Shown here: piece by piece, positions 47,309-59,800 of the stretch | How the letters are laid out: every line of letters begins with the position of its first letter | Position numbering within the stretch: position 1 is the stretch's first letter | Origin: Malacoraja senta | Lineage: Eukaryota | DNA: 64,000 bases | Assembly (NCBI GenBank): GCA_038087875.1 | Contig: JAXLNO010000600.1 | Span: forward strand, 558,001 to 622,000 | Direction of reading: 5' to 3' | The notes under the pieces: generated by a model | Databases searched by the model: none | Seen by the model: only the letters and a program-made list of their open reading frames with translations | What the model was told of the DNA's origin: nothing | Program-made: the position numbers and the translations under genes

Positions 47309-49040
47309 CAATAGACAATAGGTGCAGAAGTAGGCCATTCGGCCCTTCGAGCCAGCACCGCCATTCAATGTGATCATGGATGATCATCCACAATCAGTAC
47401 CCCGTTCCCGCCTTCTCCCCATATCCCCTGACTCTGCTATTTTTAAGACTCCTCTCTATAGGTATGTTACAAAACTTACCTTCAGTCGCGCTGTAATTCT
47501 GCCACTGGCCGTGTGCGCGATTTTGGCGCCTTTAAGGGGGGGCGGGGTTAAAACGCGGTTTCTCCTACCTTGTCCTGGGAATATTTTGTTGGAGTACAAG
47601 CGTTGGCTGACAAAATCGTTCCTACCGGCGTTTTGTGAATTTTTTATTTTTATTAAATCGTCAATGTCAGCGGTACAGTCATTTTAAAAGCAGCTCCTGA
47701 AGCGTCAACGCCGATAACGGGGACGGATTTCACACAATGGACAGGTAAACGAAAGTGCTTTCTTTAAATGTATAAAAGTGCTTCTTAAGAAGCCTTTAAT
47801 TCACATTTTGTCATGCGACACGGTGATTTTATTCCCCGAATTAACGGCAGTATTTTTCATGCCAATACGGGGTTAAATTCACCGCAAATCAACGTTCCAA
47901 AAGATCGCGTTCCAGTAATCCTCACTCGCAAGATGAATTAAATCCCCATTCATTTACAGGTATTAAACATTCAATTCCTTCCATTTGGCCTGTAAATTCA
48001 TGAAAATTAGATTTAAAAATTATGTTATATTGTGAATTATTGTGTGAATGTTATTTGGACACTTAGGCTATTTAAAAATGTTAATCTATTCTTAAGAAAT
48101 TGATAGATGTTTAGATCTAGTAATTGAATTTTGTAATTAGCTACAATTAGGTAACTAACTAATTATATGCTTTACTTTCATGTCTTCGAAGTAAGATTGT
48201 TTCATATTTGTTTCAGAATGCTTCAATCTATAATACCTGAAAATTTCTTTCAGTTACCATAATTTTTAAGAAAGTTATGGGCTTTTAACTGTCCTCGATC
48301 ACAGCTTTTGTGTTAAGTCAATGGAAAAGCAATAGGGAACTAGATGCTAATTTCTGAGTATGATAATGGCCATAACTTTTTTAATACTGAAGATATGAAA
48401 GTGAATTAAGTGTCAAATTAAACTTCTTTTTATGCTTTATCTGATGGGATAAATTGCAGACTTTATTTTTAAAATCTCAAAATTTTGTAACATTGCTACT
48501 CTCTAGCTCTCTCTTGAAAGCATCCAGAGAACCGGCCTCCACCGCCCTCTGAGGCAGAGAATTCCACAGACTCACAACTCTGTGAGAAAAAGTGTTTCCT
48601 CATCTCCGTTCTAAATGGCTTACCCCTTATTCTTAAACTGTGGCCCCTTGTTCTGGACTCCCCCAAAATCGGGAACATGTTTCCTGCCTCTAGAGTGTCC
48701 AAGCGCTTTACAATCTTATATGTTTCAATGAGATTACCTCTCATCCTTCTAAACTCCAGAGTGTACAAGCCCAGCTGCTCCATTCTCTCAGCATATGACA
48801 GTCCCGCCATCCCGGGAATTAACCTTGTAAACCTACGCTGCACTCCCTCAATAGCAAGAATGTCCTTCCTCAAACTGCACACCATACTCCAGGTGTGGTC
48901 TCACTAGGACCCTGTACAACTGCAGACGGACCTCTTTGCTCCGATACTCAACTACTCTTGTTTCAAGGCCAACATGCCATTCGCTTTCTTCACTGCCTGC
49001 TGTACCTGCATGCTTACTTTCATAGACTGATGAACAAGGA
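47309..49040 (-). mobile_element. CR1 3' fragment split by a hATw-like MITE
   Basis: ORF 48496..48885; tail at 47309. Confidence 0.9.
47459..48498 (+). mobile_element. hATw-like MITE
   Basis: taggtatgttacaaaa...ttttgtaacattgcta; 7-bp TSD ctctcta. Confidence 0.9.
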
Positions 49041-49315
49041 TGGTAATTTATGTTTTAGCTCATTGAACAGGCCAAAGACGCAACCAGAGCATTTCATGAA
49101 GACCCCAAGACCAAAACACCGCAGGACGAGTATGTCCAGAGCTTGACCAGATTCATTGGCTCTCTGATCAATTGTGCACCGACTAAGCGCATGCTGACAT
49201 TCACCAGAGGCCTTCTAAACTATGTGATGGATTTCTGCGAACAGGTCAATATGTCATTTCATTTGTCTGTCATTCTGTAATATTTGTCCTTAAAATTAAT
49301 TTCTTAGATGAAATA

Positions 49316-50100
49316 CAGGAAGTGGCGGCGCTGCCCTGCAGCCCGTTTGTCTTTTCTTTGTTTTTGTTTTCTTTTGTCCTGTTGTTTTAGTTTACTCAGT
49401 TTATTTTAGTTGTGTATGTGTGGGGGGGGGGGGTGGGAGAAACTTGTTTTTTGTCTCTTCCTTCGGGGGGGATGTGACGTTTTCTTGTCGTATCCCCGTC
49501 TCCGTCTGCGCTGAGGCCTAATCGCTGAGCTGGTGGCCTCCAATGGGGACCGACCTCGTGGCTCCGGAGGCAGAGCCAGGACTTTCCATCGCGAAGCTGG
49601 CCGACTTCGGGGCTGTGGCGGCGCTGCGGCGGCGGCGGCCCGACCTCGGAGCCTCGGAGGCTTCGGCCGCGGGCCCAGTGGACGTCAACCTTCGGGAGCT
49701 CGCAGGTCCCAGGTTGGTGACCGATTCTCCGGAGCTCCCGCAACAACAGCTTCGTCCGCTGGACTGGAGGGCGGCAGCTTCGACCGCCCCGGGCCGCAGA
49801 GATTGAACCGGCCCGTTCGCGGAGCTCGGATTCGGCCGCGGGACTTACCATCACCATCGGGGTCACAACATCGGAAGCCTGGATCGCCTCAACGCAGAGG
49901 GAGAACAAGGAGGGAAGAGACAAGGACTTTAAGACTTTTGCCTTCCATCACAGTGAGGAGGTGCCTGGTAGACTCACTGTGGTGGATGTTAAATCTGTTC
50001 ATTGTGTGTTTTGTTATTTTAATCTATGTTATGACTGCAAGGCACGAAATTTCATTCAGACTGAAAAGTCTGAATGACAATAAAGGATACTTTGACTTTT
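49316..50100 (+). mobile_element. Non-autonomous retroposon with a Rex1-like 3' stem-loop tail
   Basis: TSD tgaaata; 3' tcattcagac-tgaaaa-gtctgaatga hairpin then caataaa; GC-rich non-coding body. Confidence 0.6.
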
Positions 50101-50513
50101 TGAAATAATCACTATGATTTCATGTGCGTTGTAGTCTGAGCAGCCGATGCCACAAGTGGGACGTCAACAGGCGGCACCACGGCAGATGTTTCCCATGGAG
50201 CAGCCATCTCAATATTTTGAACAGGTATAAAATATCAAATAAAAGCTTTGATGGTTGCAATTCTTTGTCACAGAACTCCTCAGTGAGAAATTTTATTTGA
50301 GTTCCACTTATATATGATTCTGTGTTTCAAAAGCAGTCACTGATGGGACATCCACCGCACATGCGAATGGGGGCGCAGCCACATCTGCAGGCTGACCAGG
50401 TATACAATTTTTAAAAAAAAAGAAAATTGTGAGTTTAGATTGTCCTTTAATTATTTGTCAATCACAGCTTGCTAAGATGATTAAAGTCACCCTCCTATTC
50501 GTAATGTTTATGT

Positions 50514-50936
50514 GTTGGGCTTGTACACTCTGGAGTTTAGAAGGATGAGAGGGGATCTCATTGAAACATATAAGATTATTAAGGGCTTGGACACGCTAGA
50601 GGCAGGAAACATGTTCCCGATGTTGGGGGATTCCAGAACCAGGGGCCACAGTTTAAGAATAAGGAGTAAGCCATTTAGAATGGAGACGAGGAAACACTTT
50701 TTCTCACAGAGAGTGGTGAGTCTGTGGAATTCTCTGCCTCAGAGGGCGGTGGAGGCAGGTTCTCTGGATGCTTTCAAGAGAGAGCTAGATAGGGCTCTTA
50801 AAAATAGCGGAGTCAGGGGATATGGGGAGAAGGCAGGAACGGGGTACTGATTGGGGATGATCAGCCATGATCTCATTGAATGGCGGTGCTGGCTCAAAGG
50901 GCTGAATGGCCTACTCCTGCACCTATTGTCTATTGT
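50514..50936 (+). mobile_element. CR1 3' fragment
   Basis: ORF 50512..50850 and tail. Confidence 0.92.
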
Positions 50937-51436
50937 GTTTCAAAAATAGTCCATGATCTGACCGCAAAGACATAACACATTTTGCCAGTTTAGTTTTAAT
51001 TCAGAATCTATGTCAATCGCAGCTTTTGAGGGCCTTTATTGTTTTTGCATTTCAATTGACCTTGGGGTTTTTTCCAGAGACAGTTATCTATGACACCACT
51101 ACAGACATACGTTAACCTACAGCCTGCAGGTTCAGTGTTATCTTCACTACCATCTGATAATGCAGACTACACTCCACAGGAAAGACACAGACTGGCCCCG
51201 CCACCACGAGGGAATTACAGCAGGGACCAGGGGCATAATTGATTTTCTGTTCAATGTTAATGCTTCCGTTCATGTGGAGCGTTTGTTAAAGTTATTTGTT
51301 TGCAGTTGTATAGATTTATTTTGAACTTCTCACATTTATTAAGGTTTATTAAAATATCTTGTTAAAAATGCTGCTATCAAAAATTGTATGCTTATGATAA
51401 TTTTGTGCCTTTCATTCACAATAAAGGAAATTAATC

Positions 51437-52085
51437 AAGTCAAGTCAAGTCACATTTATTTATATAGCACATTTAAAAACAACTCTCGTTGGCCAAAGTG
51501 CTTTACATTTGTTATAAGAATAGTATAAACAAACAAACTACATACATATATACATATAGCCCTCGCTCGGAGGACGTCAAGAAAGGCTTGGGAGTACAGA
51601 TAAGTTTTTAGTCTCGACTTAAAGGAGTCGATGGAGGGGGCAGTTCTGATGGGAAGAGGGATGCTGTTCCACAGTCTAGGAGCTGCAACCGCAAAGGCTC
51701 GGTCGCCCCTGAGCTTATGCCTAGACCGCGGGATATTCAGCAACCCCAAGTCAGCCGATCTGAGGGACCTGGAGGTGGTGTGGTGGGTAAGCAGACTTTT
51801 CATGTAGGTGGGGGCAAGCCCATTGAGGGCTTTGTAGACATAAAGGAGGATCTTGAAATTTATTCGGAACCGCACAGGGAGCCAGTGGAGAGAGGCCAGG
51901 ATCGGGGTGATGTCCCTTTTTCTGGTGCCCGTCAGGAGTCTCGCAGCGGCGTTTTGGACCAGTTGCAGGCGGGACAGGGAAGATTGGCTGATGCCAGTGT
52001 AAAGGGAGTTGCAGTAATCTAGGCGGGAGCAGATAAATGTGTGGATGATCTTTTCGAGGTCATCAAACTGGAGGGATTGTTTTAT
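51437..52085 (-). mobile_element. L2 LINE 3' fragment
   Basis: FRINFKILL..YKALNGLAP, SLRS, RAFAVAAPRLWNSIP, FKSRLKT; (gactt)n tail. Confidence 0.9.
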
Positions 52086-52884
52086 TAACTGTTTTATTAA
52101 ATGTTTTTTTAAACTCGAATTGATGTCTGAATACCATTTTTATTTATAGTAGTCCCTCATGTCATCACTTATATCTCATATTTCATCTCATATATTTAGA
52201 TAATTTAAACACACACAAGATCAAGGCAGGAATGCACTGTATTTACAGTTTTACTTCGCACAATCATTTTTATGAGTGAAAACAGACACAAACACTTCAA
52301 ATGCTCTGCTTTTAAAAGGGATATTTATTATACATCTCGATAAATCTGACAATAAAACAAGCAGCACACTGAATTTAAAACATACTGTAGGCAACTCTTT
52401 CTCTTCCCCAGCTGGCCTCTGCTGCGGGGTTCCACAAGGTTCCATCCTTGGCCCCATTCTCTCCTCCCTGTATATGCTCCCCTTAGGCCAAGTCATTCAA
52501 AGGCACGGCATTTCCTTCCATTGCTATGCAGATGATACACAACTCTATCTCCCCCTGAAGCCCAAAAACCGATCAAATCTGCTTAACCTTACCCACTGCC
52601 TCGAGGATATAAAGTGTTGGATGGCCCAGAACTTCCTCCAACTAAACGAGAGTAAGTCTGAGGTCATCCTACTCGGCCTCTCGGACTCAATCAAAATGAT
52701 AGCAGGCAGCCTTGGAAGCCTTACCCCGTGAGGCCCAGGAACCGTTGGTGAGGGAGGAGCGGCGTCCGGGCTGTGAGTATAATCCTCGATCGCGGGGCTT
52801 GTTTTACAGAAGCCCAGGAACCGTTGGTGAGGGAGGAGCGGCGTCCGGGCTGTGAGTATAACCCTCGACCGCGGGGCTTGTTTT

Positions 52885-54750
52885 TTTTGTTTTTTTAAAT
52901 TAATTAATTTATTTATTTATTAGAAGTACATTAAATTACAATCAATTACATTAATACACACCACGTATATCTTATTACATTTAATATACCCCTTCATTTT
53001 TTAAAGCTATTAAAAAAAAAGGTTGAAATTGAGAAAATAGAGAAAGTGAAAGAAAATAGTGTTAGTGTAAAAGCGTGTCGAAAGGAAAGGAGAAAGACCC
53101 TTTAGACGAGAAATTAGAGAAAGGAAATTAAGAGATAGACCCTAGGAAAGAAAAAAGAGAAGAAGAAAAAAGAGAAAGACAGACACTCTATTATGAACAT
53201 CGCGCAAAAGGATATACCAACTTGTCTCCTTTCATCCCCCTTTACCAAGTCCTGACATCGGTGCCTTTTAAAGTACTGTTGCACCTTATGCTTGTAGTAA
53301 TTCTATAAATGAAGACCACGTCCTATAGAAGTGATCTGATTTGCCTGCCAGGAGGAGTCTTATCTCTTCCAGGTGTAATGTTTTAAACATATTTGAAATC
53401 CACATGTTTATTGTTGGTATAGGAGCATTTTTCCAGAATTTTAGAATAAGCTTTTTTCCAGTTATTAACCCGTAATCAAATAGGTTCTTTTGAAACACAT
53501 TTAGTTCAGGGCTACCTTCCGTTGTTCCAAAGATAATCCATTCTGCTTTTGGTATCAGTTTTATTTTAAATAATTTTGTAAAGATTTCAAAAATTTCAAT
53601 CCAAACTTTGAATTTTTATACAAAAGACAAATGAATGCGCTATAGTAGCTTCTTGAGACTGACATTTATCACAGATAAATGATACGTTGGGAAAAAGTTT
53701 ACTTATTTTGGTTTTTGAGTGGTAAAATTTTAAATTGAATTAAAGTGTGTCTTACATTAATCGAGCATTTGTGCACATTTAATAAATGTTCATCCCACCT
53801 CTCTTTTGAAATTTTAATAGCTAATTCTTGTTCCCAGTCTCTTCTAATACCATCCGTTGCTGGTATTTCTACATTTAAAATAATATTATACAAATAAGAT
53901 ATTAAGTTTGCTGATTCGGCTTTTGTCTTCATTGCTTCGTCCAGTAAATCTAATGGCATATTATAATCTTTTGTATATTTTTTCAGATAATCACATATTT
54001 GGAAATATTTAAAATATTGATTGTTTCCCAGATTATATTTTAGTTGTAATTGTTGGAATGATAGTAGTTTTCCAGTTTCATACAAGTCTCCGAGCGTTTT
54101 AATTCATATTCTTTCGCATTGTATAAATGATTTGTCTATAATGGAGGGATTAAACGAAGGGTTATTAACTATTGGAGATAAGAGCGATAGATTTCTTAAT
54201 TTTAAATTATGTTTTATTTGTTTCCAAGTTCTAATTGTACTATGTATCATTGGATTTTTGTTATAGTTTGTGTTATTCAACTTCATTGGTGAGAGGAGGA
54301 TCACTCCAATATTACAAGGGGAGCAGTCCTCTCTCCATTATAATCCAATCCACCTGCTGGGCAGAGTTGTCGAGCAGTTGAATCATATTTTTAATATTTA
54401 CTGACCAATAATAGTACATAAAGTTAGGGAGTGCTAAGCCACCTAATACTTTGGGTTTGTTCAAATGTGTTCTTTGTATTCTATGGGATTTATAATCCCA
54501 TATAAAATTTGTAATGTCTGAATCCAGGTATATAGGAATTGATTGGAATAGGTATAGAATTTGTGGTAAAAAGATCATTTTTATAGCATTTATTCGGCCT
54601 ATTAAAGACATCGGAAGCGTTTTCCAAAATTTAATTAAGGTATTTAATTTCTGAAGTAGAGGATTATAATTTGCGTTAAACATGGCTTGATATTTTCTGG
54701 TAATTTCAATACCCAAGTATTTAAATTTTTCTGTAGCTATTTTAAAAGGG
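52885..54750 (-). mobile_element. L1 3' fragment related to the 12697-19299 family
   Basis: ORFs 53286..53498, 53699..54085 and 54312..54839 match the ORF2 C-terminus; cttgtttt on both sides. Confidence 0.92.
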
Positions 54751-56822
54751 ACTTGTTTTACAGAGGCCCAGGAACCCCACGTTGGTGAGGGAGGAGGAAC
54801 CCAAATCTGTAACGTTCCAACGTTCCATTCACATTCCACAGTTCAAAACAAGTGGGCTTGAGGAAGCCGCTGATTGGTGGAAGCGGACTAGAGGAAGCAG
54901 CTGATTGGGAGTCTGCTGATTTCTTCCAGCACTTTGTATTGTACTTTGTATTATATCCAGGGTAAGGGGGAGAATGAGGGTCAGGGCAGTTTACTGTTCT
55001 GGATGTCAGATGTGGGAAGTCATGGAGTCTGATAGCCCTCCAGACGTCCACATCTGTGCCAGGTGCGTCGAGATGGGGCTCCTAAGGGACCGTATTAGGA
55101 ACCTGGAGCAGCAGCTCGATGACCTCCGTCTGGTCAGGGAGAGTGAGGAGGTCATAGAGAGGTGGCCACTCCAAAACCACGGGAGACAGACAAGTGGGTC
55201 ATGGTTAGGAGGAGCAAGGGGCAGAGGCAGGGACTAGAGAGTACCCCGGTGGCTGTACACCTTGACAATAAGTACTCCTGTTTGAGTACTGTTGGGGGGG
55301 ACAGCCTACCTGGGGGTAGCGACAGCGACCAGCCCTCCGGTACAGAGACCGGCCCTGTTGCTCAGAAGGGTAAGGAAAAGAAGAGGAGGGCAGTATTAAT
55401 AGGGACTCTATAGTTAGGGGGTCAGATAGGCGATTCTGTGGACGCAGTCAGGAGACCCGGATGGTAGTTTGCCTCCCTGGTGCCAGGGTCTGGGATGTGT
55501 CTCAACGTGTCCAAGATATCCTGAAATGGGAGGGAGAGGAGCCCGAGGTTGTGGTACATATAGGTACCAATGACATAGGTAGAAAAAGGGAAGAGGTCCT
55601 GAAAGGAGAATTTAGGGAGTTAGGAAGAGAGTTAAGGAAAAGGACCGCAAAGATAACAATCTCAGGATTACTGCCTGTGCCACGCGACAGTGAGAGTAGG
55701 AATGGAGCGAGGTGGAGGATAAATGCATGGCCGAAGGACTGGTGCAGTGGGCAGGGATTCAAGTTTCTGGATCATTGGAACCTCTTTTGTGGAAGGTGTG
55801 ACCTGTACAAAAAGGACGGGTTGCACTTGTACCTGAGGGGGACCAATATCCTGGCGGGGAGATTTGCAAAGGCTACTGGGGAGACTTTAAACTAGAACGG
55901 TTTGGGGGAAGGACTCAAATAGAGAAAGCTAGTAGACAGTGTGTGAGGCAGGAGGCAGAGAAGGGAAGCACTCAGACCCAACATGTAGGGGGGAAATAAG
56001 AAAAAGATAATAAACGGAGAATAAGAGGTGGTGGGTTTCTTAAATGTGTGAGCAGAGAGACAGAGGGGTGTAAAATGAGGGTAGAAGCAATAAGTAGCAA
56101 GGTGAAAAGTAAAAGTGGTAGGCAGACAAATCCAGGGCAAAAATCAAAAAGGGCCATTTTTCAACATAATTGTATAAGGGGCAAGAGTGTTGTAAAAACA
56201 AGCCTGAAGGCTTTGTGTCTCAATGCAAGGAGCATTCGTAATAAGGTGGATGAGTTGAATGTGCAGATAGCTATTAATGACTATGATATAGTTGGGATCA
56301 CGGAGACATGGCTCCAGGGTGACCAAGGCTGGGAGCTGAACATCCAGGGATATTTAATATTCAGGAGGGATAGACAGAAAGGAAATGGAGGTGGTGTTGC
56401 GCTGCTGGTTAGAGAGGAGATTAACGCAATAGAAAGGAAGGACATTAGCTTGGAGGATGTGGAATCGATATGGGTAGAGCTGCGAAACACTAAGGGGCAG
56501 AAAACGCTAGTGGGAGTTGTGTATAGGCCACCTAACAGTAGTAGTGGAGTTGGGGATGGCATCAAACAGGAAATTAGAAATGAGGAAGAGGATTTCTTGG
56601 AATGCATGCGGGATAGTTTTCTAAATCAACATGTAGAGGAACCAACGAGAGAGCAGGCTATTCTAGACTGGGTATTCAGTAATGAGGAAGGGTTAGTTAG
56701 CAGTCATGAGTTCTTCATTAGGATGGAGAGTGACATAATTAATTCAGAAACAAGGGTTCTGAACTTAAAGAAAGGTAACTTCGAGGGTATGAGACGTGAA
56801 TTGGCCAAGATAGACTGGCAAT

Positions 56823-59800
56823 AGTTCAAAAATAGTTTAATTATTTCAATGGAACACAAAACCCAAACCTGATTCAAACAACCCAGTCAGGGATATGGAT
56901 GGACGGACAAACAATTTAACGGTGCTCCAGCCAGCCACGTGATGGACCGTCGAACCAGAGACTCTAAAACCTGCCTAAAAAGATATAACCCTGAAACAAA
57001 ATACACGAAAACACTAAGGTCAGCCCTTATCCATCCCAATTCAATATTTGTTACTTAGTCATTGTGAAAGTACACAAAGTTCTATGCCATGTGGCCAGGC
57101 CTTCCGCAGCTCACTCCAGCAGTCAGCTCACAAGTCGGGGTTGACGAAGAAGAGAGGGAATCCTGGAGGACCTCTGGAATTTATGCTTCAGATGAGTCAC
57201 CGTCACCTGACGCAGCTTGGCCAATCGGGTACAGGAGCCTTTTAACCCTTTGATTCCAGACTCACAGCCACAAGGCCTGCACTCGGGAAAGAAACAGAGA
57301 AAGGTAAGTACATATCATTCACCAGGGGGGGAAGCGCCTAACACCCCCACCCAAAGATACTGAATAAGTTTCGGAAGAAGAGAGAAAAAAACACCACCAA
57401 ATCCCAGAAACTATTCAGGAGCTAAAACTCTACTGGCGCGACAAGGCGTCAGCCAAGACATTATCCTTGCCACGGATATGCCTGACCTCCAGGTTGTAGT
57501 TAGTTTTGCCTCCGCTAGACGATGAAATACCTCCTTCAGATGACCTATGTGTTCGATCCACGACCTGGAGCACACAACCAAATCATCAAGGTATGCCTCA
57601 CAGAAGGACAAACCAGACAATACAATGTTCACCAACCGTTGGAAGGTTGCCGGCGCATTGCGCATCCCAAAGGCCATTACTGTGTATTGAAGAAAGTTAT
57701 CAGACGTAACGAACGCAGAGATCTCCCTCGCCCGCCTAGTCAAAGGAACTTGCCAATACCCTTTTAACAAGTCCAACTTAGACACAAAAGATGCACTTCC
57801 CACACGATCCACGCAATCCTCCATTCGTGGGAGAGGATAGCAATCCGGCTTAGTTACACCATTCATTTTCCGAATGTCCGTGCAAAACCTGTCTTCCCCA
57901 TTAGCCTTCGTAGCCAGTAGACACGGAGAACTCCACGGACTACAACTAGGTTCAGCAATGCCATGCCGCAGCATATAGTCAACCTGACTCCCTAGACGAT
58001 GACGCCGGTCAGGGTTGACCCGATACGGATGCTGTTTAATTGGTGCAGCACCGGCCACGTCAATGTCATGCTGCAGCACAGACGTCTGAGAAGGCACATC
58101 CGAGAACAGTGACCCATTTGACTCCACCAAAGCAAGCAGATCACCCCCGCTCACTTTCAGTCAAATGAGACAACCGCAAGGGAAGCAACTCCAAAGCCTC
58201 AGAGTTACACAGCCTTCCCTGCGTCACTGCCACAGACAACCGTGCCTCACCCACATCACCACCCATGTCAGGGGGCAGCACCGCTGCAGCCAAAACAGGC
58301 TTAGACGAAGCCGAAGGACACAGCATCTCCACATCAACCTCCACAGGCTCCTGCTCATGGTACTGTTTCATCATGACATGACAGCTGAGTCTCACGCCTT
58401 CGATCAGGGGTACCAATAACATAATCCCTTTCACCAACCTTCTTAACCACCTGATGGGGACCGCTATACCGAGCCTGCAGACTGGAACCAGGAATAGGCA
58501 ACAACACCAGGACCATGTCACCTGATGAAAAATTCCTACTAGAAGCCTTCCTGTCGAACCACCCCTTCATCCTAGACTGAGCAGAAGCAAGATTACCCAT
58601 TGCCAGTTCGCATGCCCTCTTCAGTCTAGACCGAAAGGTACAGACGTGGTCTAAAATGCTACGTTTTGTATCCTCCTGCAACCATTTATCCTTTAGGACC
58701 CTCAACGGACCACGTACAGTATGCGCGAACACCAGGTCAGCAGGACTGAACCCTAAAGACTCCTGCACGACCTCACGCACCGCAAACATAACTAGATGAA
58801 CCCCCTCATCCCAGTCTTTTTCAAACTCCAGGCAGTAAGTCCTCAACATAGATTTCAAAGTCTGGTGAAACCTCTCGAGAGCTCCCTGGCTCTCAGGGTG
58901 ATACGCACTGGAGTAACAACGCTTAATATCTAACAACTTCATTACCTGACCAAAAACCTTCGACATGAAGTGGAACCTTGGTCACTCTGCACAACCTTGG
59001 GCAAACCGAACAACGAAAAAAACGTAGTGAGAGACTTCACAATGGTAGGGGCAGTAATTCTACGCAAAGGGACCACCTCCGGAAAGCGGGTAGACGCACT
59101 CATAATTGTCAATAAAAACTTGTTGCCCACCCTTGTCCGAGGTAGAGGACCCACACAATCAACTAAAATCCGCTCAAACGGCTCACCGACCACAGGAATT
59201 GGATATAAAGGCGCAGGAACAATTGATTGGTTCAGTTTTCCTGCCACCTGGCAAATGTGACAACACCTGCACTGCTGTTTCACGTCCTTTTTCAACCCTG
59301 GCCAAAATATATTCCGTACGATCCGGTCATACATCTTATTGACGCCCAAATGTCCACCCAGAGGACCATCATGAGCCAAACAGAGTATCTCGTCCCTATA
59401 CCGACGAGGTATCACAATCTGATCAACCACGCTCCAATCATCATGCCCAGATATATCCAAGGGAGACCACTTTCGCATCAGTAATCCCTCCCTTAGAAAA
59501 TACCCCTTTGCTGTGGAATCCATATCCCCCTCAGGCACCGTGCGGTCGAACAGATCAGATAAACCTGGATCACTCTTTTGCTCCTCAACCAGCCGGTCAC
59601 GTGACAGCGACACCGGCCCATTTCCAGACACTACCCCATCTTGAGATGTAGAAACACCCTTCACAACACAGGATCCCTCATCCTGATCCCCAAAAATGCT
59701 CTCACTCAGGTCCACTACATCCTCAAACTTCGCCTGGCCCTTAGCCATAGCCCTCGTGACAGCACAAGCTGCGAAGACCCTCGGATGCTGCATAGCCAAC

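Larger units (their letters stand above)
43371..51242 (+). pseudogene. Seven-exon MADF (Myb/SANT-like) gene with a BESS-like region; exon 3 interrupted by a hAT element
   Basis: Exons 43371-43827, 44933-45114, 45183-45256+47135-47258, 49059-49244, 50135-50224, 50337-50399, 51078-51242; all GT-AG and phase-compatible; LVEWYQQNTILYDK..WIKNQRTIYGKL..RQQWI..WSFM; AATAAA near 51420. Confidence 0.75.
42098..51430 (+). mobile_element. PIF/Harbinger transposon, left part (right end and transposase not seen)
   Basis: taa|gggcctgtcccac terminus, subterminal ggtagtcg/aggtaatcg repeats, MADF gene. Confidence 0.7.

Noticed and set aside
49396..50108. 175-191-aa ORFs on both strands
   Set aside because: GC-rich repeat body; no domain signature
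50274..50282. 9-nt in-frame micro-exon of the MADF gene
   Set aside because: The flanking introns would be only about 49 and 54 nt
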